Below are positions 52,432 through 64,000 of a stretch of 64,000 bases of DNA, piece by piece. The stretch is taken from NCBI GenBank assembly GCA_964016885.1, contig OZ024756.1, positions 11,966,001 to 12,030,000 on the forward strand, read 5' to 3'. The number at the start of each line of letters is the position of its first letter. Within the stretch, counting starts at the first letter, position 1. This stretch comes from Eledone cirrhosa (Eukaryota). The notes under the pieces were generated by a model. The model was not told the DNA's origin. It saw nothing but the letters and a program-made list of their open reading frames with translations, and made no database searches. A program made the translations under genes and the position numbers.

Positions 52432-52616
52432 TGTTTCTACATTTGGCACAAGGCCATCAATAACCCAGTACATTACTGGTACTTTATTTTATCGACCCCG
52501 TAAGGATGAAAGGCAAAGTTAACCTCGGCGGGATTTGAACTCAGACCGTAAAGGGACGTAACTATGCTGCAAAGCATGGCGTCCGACCCTCTACGGATAC
52601 TGCCAATCCACCGCCA
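52432..52616 (-). mobile_element. SINE S2 with 18-bp TSD
   Basis: GTAGGGGAGAATAATAAT at 52414-52431 and 52617-52634. Confidence 0.9.
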
Positions 52617-52823
52617 GTAGGGGAGAATAATAATAAAAGTATGTATTCCTACATAAAGGTACAAGTATTTTCCAACCATATGCCAGTGTGGTTCAATGGC
52701 AAGTTAATAAATTAACAAGCCAGGACATATAAAATCAAGGTCTACCAACTAGAGAAAAGGTTTTAAAATAAATTTCAAAAAATTCACTGTACTTACTATA
52801 TGTGCCTTTAGCGAGAGAGAGAA

Positions 52824-53428
<605 letters not shown>

Positions 53429-53453
53429 ATATATATATATATATATATATAGA

Positions 53454-53645
53454 AAAAAGTATGACCCCGAGGGCAGAGCTCAAGCCGTTTCGACGGCTAT
53501 TTCTGGACTAGAAATAGCCGTCGAAACGGCTTGAGCTCTGCCGTCGGGATCATACTTTTTCCTATTTCCCACTCTACTACTCTAAGTATTGAGTACTCTG
53601 GTGCGTTATGGTCCATCTGGTTCCTTACCACAATTCCTTTGTTAT
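53454..53645. mobile_element. Fold-back element family H-G in (TA)n
   Basis: Arms 53454-53504/53510-53560, with GAAACGGC...GCCGTC^GGGA hammerhead 3' half and an ACTC...GAGTACT tail. Confidence 0.65.
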
Positions 53646-54074
53646 ATATATATATACACACATATATGTATATATTATTTTATAATCACAATTCCAGAAC
53701 ACATATATATATATTATATATTAGCTGAACAATATATAATGTGTAGATTGTGAGAGTAGACAATTGTCTTGTAGAATGACCTGGAAGGAGCTATAGCTAT
53801 AATGGAAGACAATGGTTTAAAGATGGGAGAAATCATTGAAACTCAACAGTACTGACTTACTCCCTCCTAACCCCCCCTCTCCTCTCTCCCCCTCCCTCTT
53901 CCCACCCCTCATACCATCATATTTCTCTATATAAACCATTGTTTATAAATCCTATATCTAAACTCTATAATAAAGAGTGTAGCCTAAGCCAGGTATAGCT
54001 GTGTGGTTAAGTAGCTTGTCTTGCAGGGTTTTGAGGGTTCAACCCCACTCTTTAGCATATTGGATAAGGGTCTA

Positions 54075-54400
54075 CCACTACTACTATTACTACTACAACT
54101 ACTGCTGCTACTACTACTACGACTACTGCTGCTGCTGCTGCTACTACAACTACTACTACTTCTACTACAACTACTATTACAACTACTACTACTACAACTA
54201 CTACTGCTGCTACTTCTACTACTACTACTACTACTACTGCTGCTACTTCTACTACTACTACTACTGCCGTTGCTATTACTACTACAACTACTACTGCTGC
54301 TGCTACTACTACGACTACTGCTGCTGCTGCTACTACTACAACTACTACTACTGCTGCTACTACTTCTACTACAACTACTACTACTACTACTAACTACTAA
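54075..54400. repeat. (TAC/TGC/AAC)n tract
   Basis: Directly visible. Confidence 0.95.
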
Positions 54401-54514
54401 TGGTGAAAGCTTAACTGTACGGTAGAGACCCCTATAATATGTACACTCTACTTTTTGTAAGTATTGAGTACTAAACTGAAAACTGGTTTTACTGGTCTTA
54501 AATAAAAATTAATA

Positions 54515-55790
54515 TATTACCACATTCAATACACTAGTTAGTAAAGTTAGTATTACCACATTCAATACACTAGTTAGTATAGTTAGTATTACCACATTCA
54601 ATACACTAGTTAGTATAGTTAGTATTACCATATTAAACACAGTAAAGTTAATATTACTATATTAAACACAGTAAAGTTAGTATTACCATATTAATCACAC
54701 TAAAGTTAGTATTACTATATTAAACAGTAAAGTTACTATTACCATATTAAACATAGTAAAGTTAGTATTACCATATTAAACACAGTAAAGTTAATATTAC
54801 TATATTAAACACAGTAAAGTTAGTATTACCATATTAATCACACTAAAGTTAGTATTACTATATTAAACAGTAAAGTTACTATTACCATATTAAACATAGT
54901 AAAGTTAGTATTACCATATTAAACACAGTAAAGTTAGTATTACTATATTAAACACAGTAAAGTTAGTATTACCATATTAAACACACTAATGTTAGTATTA
55001 CCATATTAAACACACTGTTAGTATTACCATATTAAACACAGTAAAGTTAGTATTACCATATTAAACACACTAATGTTAGTATTACCATATTAAACACACT
55101 AATGTTAGTATTACCATATTAAACACAGTAAAGCTAGTATTACCATATTAAACACACTAATGTTAGTATTACCATATTAAACACAGTAAAGTTAGTATTA
55201 CCATATTAAACACACTAATGTTAGTATTACCATATTAAACACAGTAAAGCTAGTATTACCATATTAAACACACTAATGTTAGTATTACCATATTTAACAC
55301 AGTAAAGTTAGTATTACCATATTAAACACACTAATGTTAGTATTACCATATTAAACACAGTAAAGTTAGTATTACCATATTAAACACAGTAAAGTTAGTA
55401 TTACCATATTAAACACAGTAAAGTTAGTATTACCATATTAAACACAGTAAAGTTAGTATTACCATATTAAACACACTAATGTTAGTATTACCATATTAAA
55501 CACAGTAAAGTTAGTATTACCATATTAAACACAGTAAAGTTAGTATTACCATATTAAACACAGTAAAGTTAGTATTACCATATTAAACACACTAATGTTA
55601 GTATTACCATATTAAACACAGTAAAGCTAGTATTACCATATTAAACACACTAATGTTAGTATTACCATATTAAACACAGTAAAGTTAGTATTACCATATT
55701 AAACACACTAATGTTAGTATTACCATATTAAACACAGTAAAGTTAGTATTACCATATTAAACACAGTAAAGTTAGTATTACCATATTAAA
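54515..55790. repeat. About 29-bp minisatellite, about 43 copies
   Basis: Unit CA(GTAAA/CTAAT)GTTAGTATTACCATATTAAACA. Confidence 0.93.
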
Positions 55791-56279
55791 TGTAGGGAAC
55801 ATCAAAATGTTTAATACACCCTATCATAGCAGTTTTATATCTTTAAACCCTCTCTCTCCTCTCTCTTACACTTTGTCTCTCTCCTCTCTCTTACACTCTC
55901 TCTCCTCTCTCTTACACTCTCTCTCTCTCCTCTCTTACACTCTGTCTCTCTTTCTCACCCCTCTCTTCACTCTTTCTCTCTCCCCTCTCTCTCTCTCTCT
56001 CTTACACTCCCCTCTTTCTCTTGCCCACATTTCTCTCTGTATTTTCTTTCACTCCTCTCTCTATCACATTTTACTTTCTCTCTCTCTCTATCACTATCAC
56101 TCTCTCTCTCCCACTCCCACTCTCTCTCTATCACTATCACTCTCTCCCACTCCCACTCTCTCTCTCTCTCTTGCTTCACTTTCTCCCTCTTTTCTGTTCT
56201 CTTTCTATGTAAATCCTTCCCCCCCCCCTCTCTCCTTTAGTCACTAATTTACTTTTATCATCCTTTTCCCACAAATACT

Positions 56280-57560
56280 ATCATCATCATCACTACCACC
56301 ACTACCACCATCATCGCTATAACCATACCACTACCACTACCATCACCATCATCACCACCAACAACAACACCACTACCACCATCATCACCACCACCATCAT
56401 CACCACCACCATCATCTCTATAACCACACCACCACTACCACCACCATCATCACCACCACGACATCACTACCACCACCATCATCAGCACCACCACCACCAT
56501 CATCTCTATAACCACACCACCACTACCACCGCCATCATCACCACCACCACCATCATTACCATCACCTCCATCATCACTATAACCACACCACCATCACCCT
56601 TATCCCTACCGCCACCACCATCATCGCTATAACCACACCACCACCATTACCACCACCATCACTACCACCACCATCACTACCACCACCCTCTACCACCACC
56701 ACTACCACCTTCGACCACTACCACCACCACCACTACCACCGTCTTCCAAACTCCTCCTAATTATAGACTCACCCTTTCTTTTATAATTACAACTCCCATC
56801 TACCTTCTTAATTACCTCTCATTTAATTACCCCCCTCCTTCCTCACCTACTGCTTCCTTTCCTAACAGTTGGAACTAATTACTCCTGTACCCTTCTAATT
56901 AGGGGTGCTCCACTCTACCTACCTCCCACCACTACTCAGTGGACACTCCCACTTTAACATGTCTGTCTGTATACCCCAACTCCACCACCAACAACAACAC
57001 TACCACTATCACCAACACCATCACCACTACCACCACCATCACCACCAACAACAACACCACTACCACCAACACCATCACCACTACCACCACCATCACCACC
57101 ACCACCAACAACAACAACAACAAACAACTCTACCAACAACACCAACACCACCACCACTACCACCACCATCACCACCAACACCACCACCAACATTACCACT
57201 ACCACCACCCCAACACCACCACTGCCACCACCAACACCACCACCAACATCACCACTACCACCACCACCAACACCAATACCACCAACATCACCACTACCAC
57301 CAACACCACCACCACTACCACCAACATCACCACTACCACCACCACCAACACCAATACCACCAACACCACCAACACCACCACCAACATCACCACTACCACC
57401 AACACCACCAACATCACCACTACCACCAACACCACCACCACCACTACCACCACCAACACCACCAACACCGCCACCACCAACACCGCCACCACCAACAACA
57501 CCACCACTACCACCACCAACACCGCCACCACCACCACCACCAACAACACCACCACCATAC
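56280..57560. repeat. (CAC/CAT/AAC)n tracts
   Basis: Directly visible. Confidence 0.92.
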
Positions 57561-57834
57561 ACACTTTTCATCACCATGTGTGTTTCAATGTATACACTGA
57601 CTGTATGTGTGTATATTTACAGATATATGTATGTATATATGTATATGTCTGTGTATATTATATACCTCTTGTGTGTATGTAATCCATTTTTGTGCATGTA
57701 TGTGTGTGTTTTATACACACACATACATGCAATGAAAACAGTTAAATGATGATGATGGTGGTTGTGGTGATTATATACATATATTATATATATATATCAT
57801 CATCGTTTAACATCCGTTTTCCACACTAGCATTA

Positions 57835-57846
57835 TATATATATGTT

Positions 57847-57892
<46 letters not shown>

Positions 57893-58093
57893 TGTGCGTG
57901 TGTGTATATATATATATGTGTGTGTGTCTATACGTTTGTATGTGTGTATATATATATATATGTGTGTGTATATATGTTTATGTGTGTATATATATATATG
58001 TGTGTGTGTGTGTATATATGTTTGTGTGTGTATATATGTTTGTGTGTGTGTATATGTTTGTGTGTGTGTCTATATATATATGTGTGTGTGTAA

Positions 58094-58125
<32 letters not shown>

Positions 58126-58202
58126 ATATATATATGTGTGTGTGTGTGTATATATGTTTGTGTGTGTGTATATGTTTGTGTGTGTGTATATATATATATA
58201 TA

Positions 58203-58234
<32 letters not shown>

Positions 58235-58235
58235 G
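57835..58235. repeat. (TA)/(TG) microsatellite
   Basis: Directly visible. Confidence 0.93.
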
Positions 58236-58646
58236 TATAATTAAAATGTTATACACTTAGCAATGTAAGCATGACCTTAGGTTTTGGGGTCCACTAATGA
58301 CCACCACTGCATAGTGGAAGAGCCGTTTCAATACTGGCCCCTCCAGGCACTAAGACAACAAACATATGAGAGAGAGAGAGAGGAAGGTAGACACAAGATA
58401 TGCATTTGTATATAATTATCTCCCCTTGTAAGACTACATTGTCTTCACTCTTTAGTTAGACTAAGGCAAGAAAGTTAGAGGGAGTCAAGGTGAGATCTTT
58501 CCCCCTTCCCCCTCCTGTATCAGGTTAGTAATTATGTGCCAGTACAGTATATCTGAAATGTAGATGTTGTTGTTGGTGTCTCTTTCCTCACTCTCTTTAA
58601 AATAGGTATTACAGTTGGACAATTAGATGTATGGCTATATATATAT

Positions 58647-58975
58647 CATTTCATTTTATGTTCGCTTTTCCCTGCCTGCAAGGGTGGGACGGGAACTGAT
58701 TCTGGCTTGATTTCTACAGCTGGATGCCCTTCCTAACACCAACCTCATTTACAGTAAGTGCTGGGTGCTTTTTTGCCGTGGCACCTCCATGACCACTTTG
58801 CAGTGGAATGATAGGGACCCCAGCCCCTATCATCTCATTTCTACAGCTGAGTAAACTGGAGCAATGTGAAATAAAGTGTCTTGCTCAAGGAAACAACACA
58901 TCACCCGGTCTGAGAATTGAACTCACAACCTTTCGATTGCAAGGCCAATGCTCTAACCACTAAGCCATGTGCCTC

Positions 58976-58977
<2 letters not shown>
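58647..58977 (-). mobile_element. SINE S1, full length
   Basis: Matches 396-747. Confidence 0.9.
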
Positions 58978-59059
<82 letters not shown>

Positions 59060-59199
59060 CACACACATATATATATTTATATGTGTGTGTGTGTGTGTTT
59101 AATGGTAGCTATGGTGCTTCCATAGGCAGTATGCCAGTTGAGCACTCTATGTTCTTACAGAGCAGAGTGTGATATAATGCTTAAACTTTAATCTGTTAC

Positions 59200-59236
<37 letters not shown>

Positions 59237-59309
59237 TAACAGATTAAAGTTTAAGCAAAGAATTGCTGCTTTCCCTCTTAACGGGATCAACATGACCCTC
59301 CCAAAGCAT

Positions 59310-59358
<49 letters not shown>

Positions 59359-59737
59359 TGCTAACACAACAGTTAGTTCACCATACCGAGAACAATTGTT
59401 TCACCTTAGTGGATCCCGGATCCTCAGCTTGTAATGGTCATGGTTTTATATATATATATAGAGAGAGAGAGATTTTGAGTATATGTTGGTTGTTTACCGA
59501 CACCTCAGTATGCAGATTGGAGCACTCGACGAAGTGCTCAGGTTGGTTTGTTTACTCTGGAGTAATGTAAAATAATGTAAATAAGTCAAATATTTAAAAT
59601 TTGGCTTCGTTTATTACTGCTATATATTCCAGTTCCTTAGAGAAATAACAACCCAACCAGGAGCTGGGCATATCAGAGTATTGACGGAGTTAAACACCTC
59701 AACAACATGTGTACCCGTCTCTACCACACCAATTCGG

Positions 59738-59792
59738 ACTGCCTGAAGAGGTCACAGCCAAAGATGGCTGTCACTGAAATATATATAGCAGT
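59738..59792 (+). ncRNA. Type I hammerhead, family H-C, in a fold-back element (about 59470-59835)
   Basis: ACTGC-CTGAAGA-ggtc-ACAGCCA aaga TGGCTGT-cact-GAAA-TATATA-TA^-GCAGT-AATAAA. 59579-59628 is the inverse of 59778-59830. Confidence 0.82.
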
Positions 59793-60073
59793 AATAAATG
59801 AAGCCAAATTTTAAATATTTGACTTATTTATTTTATTTTATATATATATATATAAGCAAAGAGATATTTAATTTGCTGGTAACTGGTAATTCAACAAATT
59901 TATTTATAACAGATTTGAAGCACTCTACAAGTTTCCTGGAGTATAATATCAATGATATTAATAAATGGAAACTATATTTATAAAACCATATTTATTTTAT
60001 TATATATATCTCAAGGGTACCAAAAAAACTTTGGTACGTTCTCATCAGACAAAATACAAAATTTGTTTTACAA

Positions 60074-60134
<61 letters not shown>

Positions 60135-60140
<6 letters not shown>

Positions 60141-60833
60141 GAAATGACAGGAGGCTGGATTTGTGTAAATCCTTGAAAGGTTTATTATACTATGATCATT
60201 TCAATGACCGGGTTCCGTATGAATCCGGTGATATCATCAGGTATTCGAAATATAATACGTGAATGTAATAGGTAAAATCCATGGGGCTGAAAATCGAGAC
60301 CCGAGGGCGACCGCTATTCTGTTCCTTCAACCTCAGCCGGTCGCCCTGGAGTGACGTGGCTAAATTTTATAGTATGCTACTACCGGTCAGATGAACGAAA
60401 ACAGAAAGAGATGGGAGCATAGTAGCATACTATAAAATTTGACCGGTAGTAGCATACTATAAAATTTAGCCACGTCACTCCAGGGCGACCGGCTGAGGTT
60501 GAAGGAACAGAATAGCGGTCGCCCTCGGGTCTCGATTTTCAGCCCCATGGATTTTACCTATTACATTCACGTATTATATTTCGAATACCTGATGATATCA
60601 CCGGATTCATACGGAACCCGGTCATTGAAATGATCATAGTATAATAAACCTTTCAAGGATTTACACAAATCCAGCCTCCTGTCATTTCATTATAATATTT
60701 AACTCCGTAATAGCACCACCAACTACAAAAACAAAGACGGTTGAACTGCTTTACGTTGAGTACTCTCTATATTATTGCATTATGATTGACCATACGGAAT
60801 AGACCAGCTCTATACAGTGGTGAACCTCAAACC

Positions 60834-60835
<2 letters not shown>
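60135..60835. mobile_element. Long palindromic pLTR-like element (family H-E), about 255-bp arms, in (TA)n
   Basis: 60135-60389 is the reverse complement of 60440-60694. The tail runs to about 60835. Confidence 0.88.
60585..60642 (+). ncRNA. Type I hammerhead, family H-E (mirror copy at 60187-60244, minus strand)
   Basis: ATAC-CTGATGA-tatc-ACCGGATTC atacg GAACCCGGT-catt-GAAA-TGATCA-TA^-GTAT-AATAAA, with palindromic ATGATCAT stem III. Confidence 0.8.
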
Positions 60836-60864
<29 letters not shown>

Positions 60865-60952
60865 CCTCAAGTGGGACTACCCCCGTCCAAACCCATGCAA
60901 GCGTGGAACACGGACGTTAAACGTTGATGATGATGATGATGATGATGATGAT
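60865..60952 (+). mobile_element. Extreme 3' end of the RTE LINE with (GAT)n tail
   Basis: CCCATGCAAGCGTGGAACACGGACGTTAAAC-(GAT)n, matching 19903-19985. Confidence 0.8.
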
Positions 60953-61280
60953 ATACATGTGCCGATTGTGCATTGTTGCATAATAAATGCAGACAGTAGA
61001 TTGCTGAATTAAGTGTGGCAGAAACTCGAGTTCGGGTATAGATTGAATGTAGCCATTTACGTGTGTTGTGTTAAAACGAATAACTATGTGTCTATTCTGG
61101 GAGTTTACTTAACATTACCTATTGAGTAAGCTGAGGTTTAACCGGTACTAGCAGTGAAACCCATGCTAGTCACATCAACCTGTTATATATATAGCCATAC
61201 CTCTTAGTAAACTAATTGTCCAACTGTATACCTATTTTAAAGAAAGTGAGGAAAGGGGTAACAACAACATTATATATATA

Positions 61281-61745
61281 TTGTTATACTTTGCGAGGGT
61301 CATGTTGCCAATAAGAAACACACGCACCAGTCGCTTTCACTCCAATTTATTATTAATTTTTTTTTTTTTTTTTTATAAATTTCCGGTTGGTTGGTTCCAC
61401 AACCGGATGGTTGTTCATATATTGTCAAAGTTCTTTCGTCACACATTCTGTGACCTCTTCAGTGACTGGGGATTATTTTCTTTGTTTTGTGCCTCTCCTT
61501 TGTTCTCTCCTATGGCATCTTGTTTTTGTGTGACGAAAGAACTTTGACAATATATGAACAACCTGTCCAGTTGTGGAACCAACCAACCAACCAGAAATTT
61601 ATAAAAAAAAAAATTTTTAATTTATAATAAATTGGAGTGAAAGTGACTGGTGCGTGTGTTTCTTATTGGCAATATGACCCTCCCAAAGTATAATAAAATC
61701 GGTTTCAACACACGTTTTCAGATAAAGAATCTTGCTAAACAAATT
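61281..61745. mobile_element. Fold-back element family H-D in (TA)n
   Basis: 61281-61445 is the inverse of 61527-61692. Confidence 0.8.
61424..61466 (-). ncRNA. Minimal type I hammerhead, family H-D
   Basis: GTCA-CTGAAGA-g-GTCACA gaatg TGTGAC-GAAA-GAAC-TT^-TGAC. Confidence 0.75.
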
Positions 61746-61753
61746 CAGAAACG

Positions 61754-61812
<59 letters not shown>

Positions 61813-61851
61813 ATATTAATAAATGGAAACTATATTTATAATACCATATTT

Positions 61852-61915
61852 ATTTTATTATACATATTTCAAGGGCAACCAAGGCAAATTATGGTACGCT
61901 TTCATCAGATAAAAT
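61852..61915 (-). ncRNA. Hammerhead, family H-A, in a fold-back insertion (61805-62080)
   Basis: TTTTAT-CTGATGA-AAGCGTACCA...TGGTTGCCCTT-GAAA-TATGTA-TA^-ATAAAA. Inverted tail copy at 61966-62080. Confidence 0.72.
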
Positions 61916-62077
61916 ACAGATTTATTTTATAAATAAATATTGACATACCCGGAAAAAAAGACAACCAATATGGTTTTATAAATATAGTTTCCATTTATTA
62001 ATATATTGTATATTTACTCCAAAACCAGTTGAGTGCTTTATATCAGTTATAAAAAAATTTAAATTAAATATAACCTC

Positions 62078-62127
<50 letters not shown>

Positions 62128-62392
62128 TATCTCTTAATTTTAAATCTTTAATTTTTAGTTTTTAATTGTTATTAATTCTTTTTAATTGTAATACTTAAAA
62201 TTTGATAAGATGAATTTTACTAATGCATCGAAACCAGTAATACTTTAAATACATTATAAAACTCTTTTTTAAAAGAATTGTCCCTCTCATTTTTTCGAAG
62301 AAAGGAAGAAAAAAAAGAAAAACAGATCCTTAAATATATTTTTCGTGCTATTTCCAATTTCACCTTCTCTCTCTCTATATATATATATATAT

Positions 62393-62640
62393 GTAGAAGT
62401 TATATTTAATTTGTTGAGATACAACAAGCAAATATTTTTATAACTGATATAAAGCACTCAACAAATTTTTGGAGTAAAATACAATATATTAACAAATGGA
62501 AACTATATTTATAAAACCATATTTATTTCATTATACATATTTCAAGGGCACCAAAGCAAATTATGGTGCGCTTTCATTAGATAAAATATAATATAGATCA
62601 GTTTTATAAACAAATATTGACATACCCTTAAAGAATGCGA
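62393..62640 (-). mobile_element. H-A element with mutated core (CTAATGA); another mutated copy (GAGA for GAAA) at 59950-60075
   Basis: Full H-A tail plus hammerhead region, adjacent to (TA)n. Confidence 0.75.
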
Positions 62641-63942
62641 CTATGTCGGTTGGAAGCTCCCGGATAGTGGGGTTACTAATTTTATTTTTTATTATTGGTC
62701 TATTATGCAAATTAGTGTCGGAGAGGTTTAAATCCCATACATTTAAATTAAGCCGTTGGAATAGGGAAAAAAGAAAAAGAAAAAGAAAGAACGAAAGAAA
62801 AACAAGAGAAAGAAAGAAAACCCTAAGTGAGAGAGTGTTGTATTGTAATTTTATGAGATGATGAAGCGAAAAGATAAATATATATTGGATGAATTACGCG
62901 GAGTAAATAAATAAAGTGTGGATAAATAAATAAATAAATAGTAATAACCGGAGAATTTTATCTAATGTTTAAATTTGATTAAATTATTGAGATCTATATA
63001 TTATTAAAATATATATATATACTATCAAAAAATATTATTAAAATATATGTTATTATTACATAACCTTACATAAACTTATTATTAATCATCAACCAACAAT
63101 TAATTATTAATTTTTCAATTAACAATAAAACTTATAAGAAATAACAAAATATATGTTTAAAATATAGGAATGTTCAGAGATTTTACCGAAGAAAAATCTC
63201 TTAGTAATAGCAATACAGCGTGAGGGAAAATTTATTGATTTATTTAGATAGTTCTAAGGATTAAATGTTATAAAAGTTAAGATTATAAGAGAACCTTATA
63301 TTATTTTATAGTAAGTTATAATTTTATAAATTTTATAAATCCACCTGTTATACAGTTGTGACTGTTAAAATATAAGTTTGTTTACTATAATGTCTTAATG
63401 TTTAAAGTTTTTCATAAGAATATATCTAAAGCATAAACCATAAAAACCCTTTTATATGAGTTCATTCATAGAATGTATTCAAATTATACATTTCGATATA
63501 TATACACATATACACAGACATACATACATGCATACATACACATATATATACATACATATACACACATACATATATATAAATACAAAATACGTAATATAAA
63601 ATAAAATATGAGTTATAATTTAAAAAGGATTATAATTTTAAAAGGAATTACAATTTTTAAAAAAATATAATTATATAATTTTAGAAGGAATTATATTTTT
63701 AAGCAATGTAATTTTTAAGCAATATAATTTTTAAAATATATATAAGAATATATAGAAAAAACAGTATAAAATATGAATTATAATTTTTTATATCCATCAG
63801 AGGAATTAACAAAAAACCTTTTTTTTTTAACTTTCAGTATGTTTATCTAAATTTTTTATACCCATTTTTTTAAAAGCTTTCTATGTTTATCTAGAAGAAT
63901 TTTCAAGGAAAAATTTTAAGGAAAAAATATTTCTTCCTTCAT

Positions 63943-64000
63943 TTAACCCTTTAGCATTCAAAGCGTCAAAAACCGACAAGATTATGTCCCCTTTCATTTA
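63943..64000 (+). mobile_element. Start of another TTAA/CCCTTTAGCATTCA MITE
   Basis: TTAACCCTTTAGCATTCAAA terminal sequence, running off the window. Confidence 0.6.

Noticed and set aside
58290-58356. Possible minus-strand hammerhead (CTGGAGG...GAAACGGC)
   Set aside because: The core deviates at conserved positions and stems I and III cannot be built convincingly.
62205-62260. GAAACCAGTA hammerhead-like 3' half
   Set aside because: No intact CUGANGA upstream. It is at most a decayed remnant.
62860-63940. Extremely AT-rich stretch as a mitochondrial insertion or control region
   Set aside because: No recognisable mitochondrial gene, tRNA or rRNA motif. It is low complexity only.

Overview
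This is AT-rich eukaryotic non-coding DNA made almost entirely of repeats. The SINE families look octopus/cephalopod-like, which is an inference from repeat content only. I find no intact host protein-coding gene; nearly all long ORFs in the track are microsatellite or minisatellite artefacts. The window holds two abundant tRNA-headed SINE families (CORE-like with an RTE-type tail, and a Meta/MESC-like family), and decayed LINE fragments (RTE, R4/Dong-type RLE, L1/Tx1, CR1). It also holds non-autonomous Helitrons (TC...CTAG at A|T), TTAA-flanked piggyBac-like MITEs, and many minisatellites amplified from inside those elements (22, 29, 30, 38, 48, 60, 62, 74, 107 and 112-bp units). The most striking signal is not in the ORF track. 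About ten type-I hammerhead ribozyme cores (CUGANGA...GAAA...UH), plus several decayed or half copies, belong to six or more unrelated short non-coding families. Most sit in fold-back (inverted) insertions inside (TA)n tracts, are followed by AATAAA, and often share a 3' ACTC...GAGT(A/G)CT motif. They resemble Penelope-like pseudo-LTR or retrozyme elements and are densest at 59.2-62.7 kb. All calls were made by eye, and element ends are approximate unless stated.
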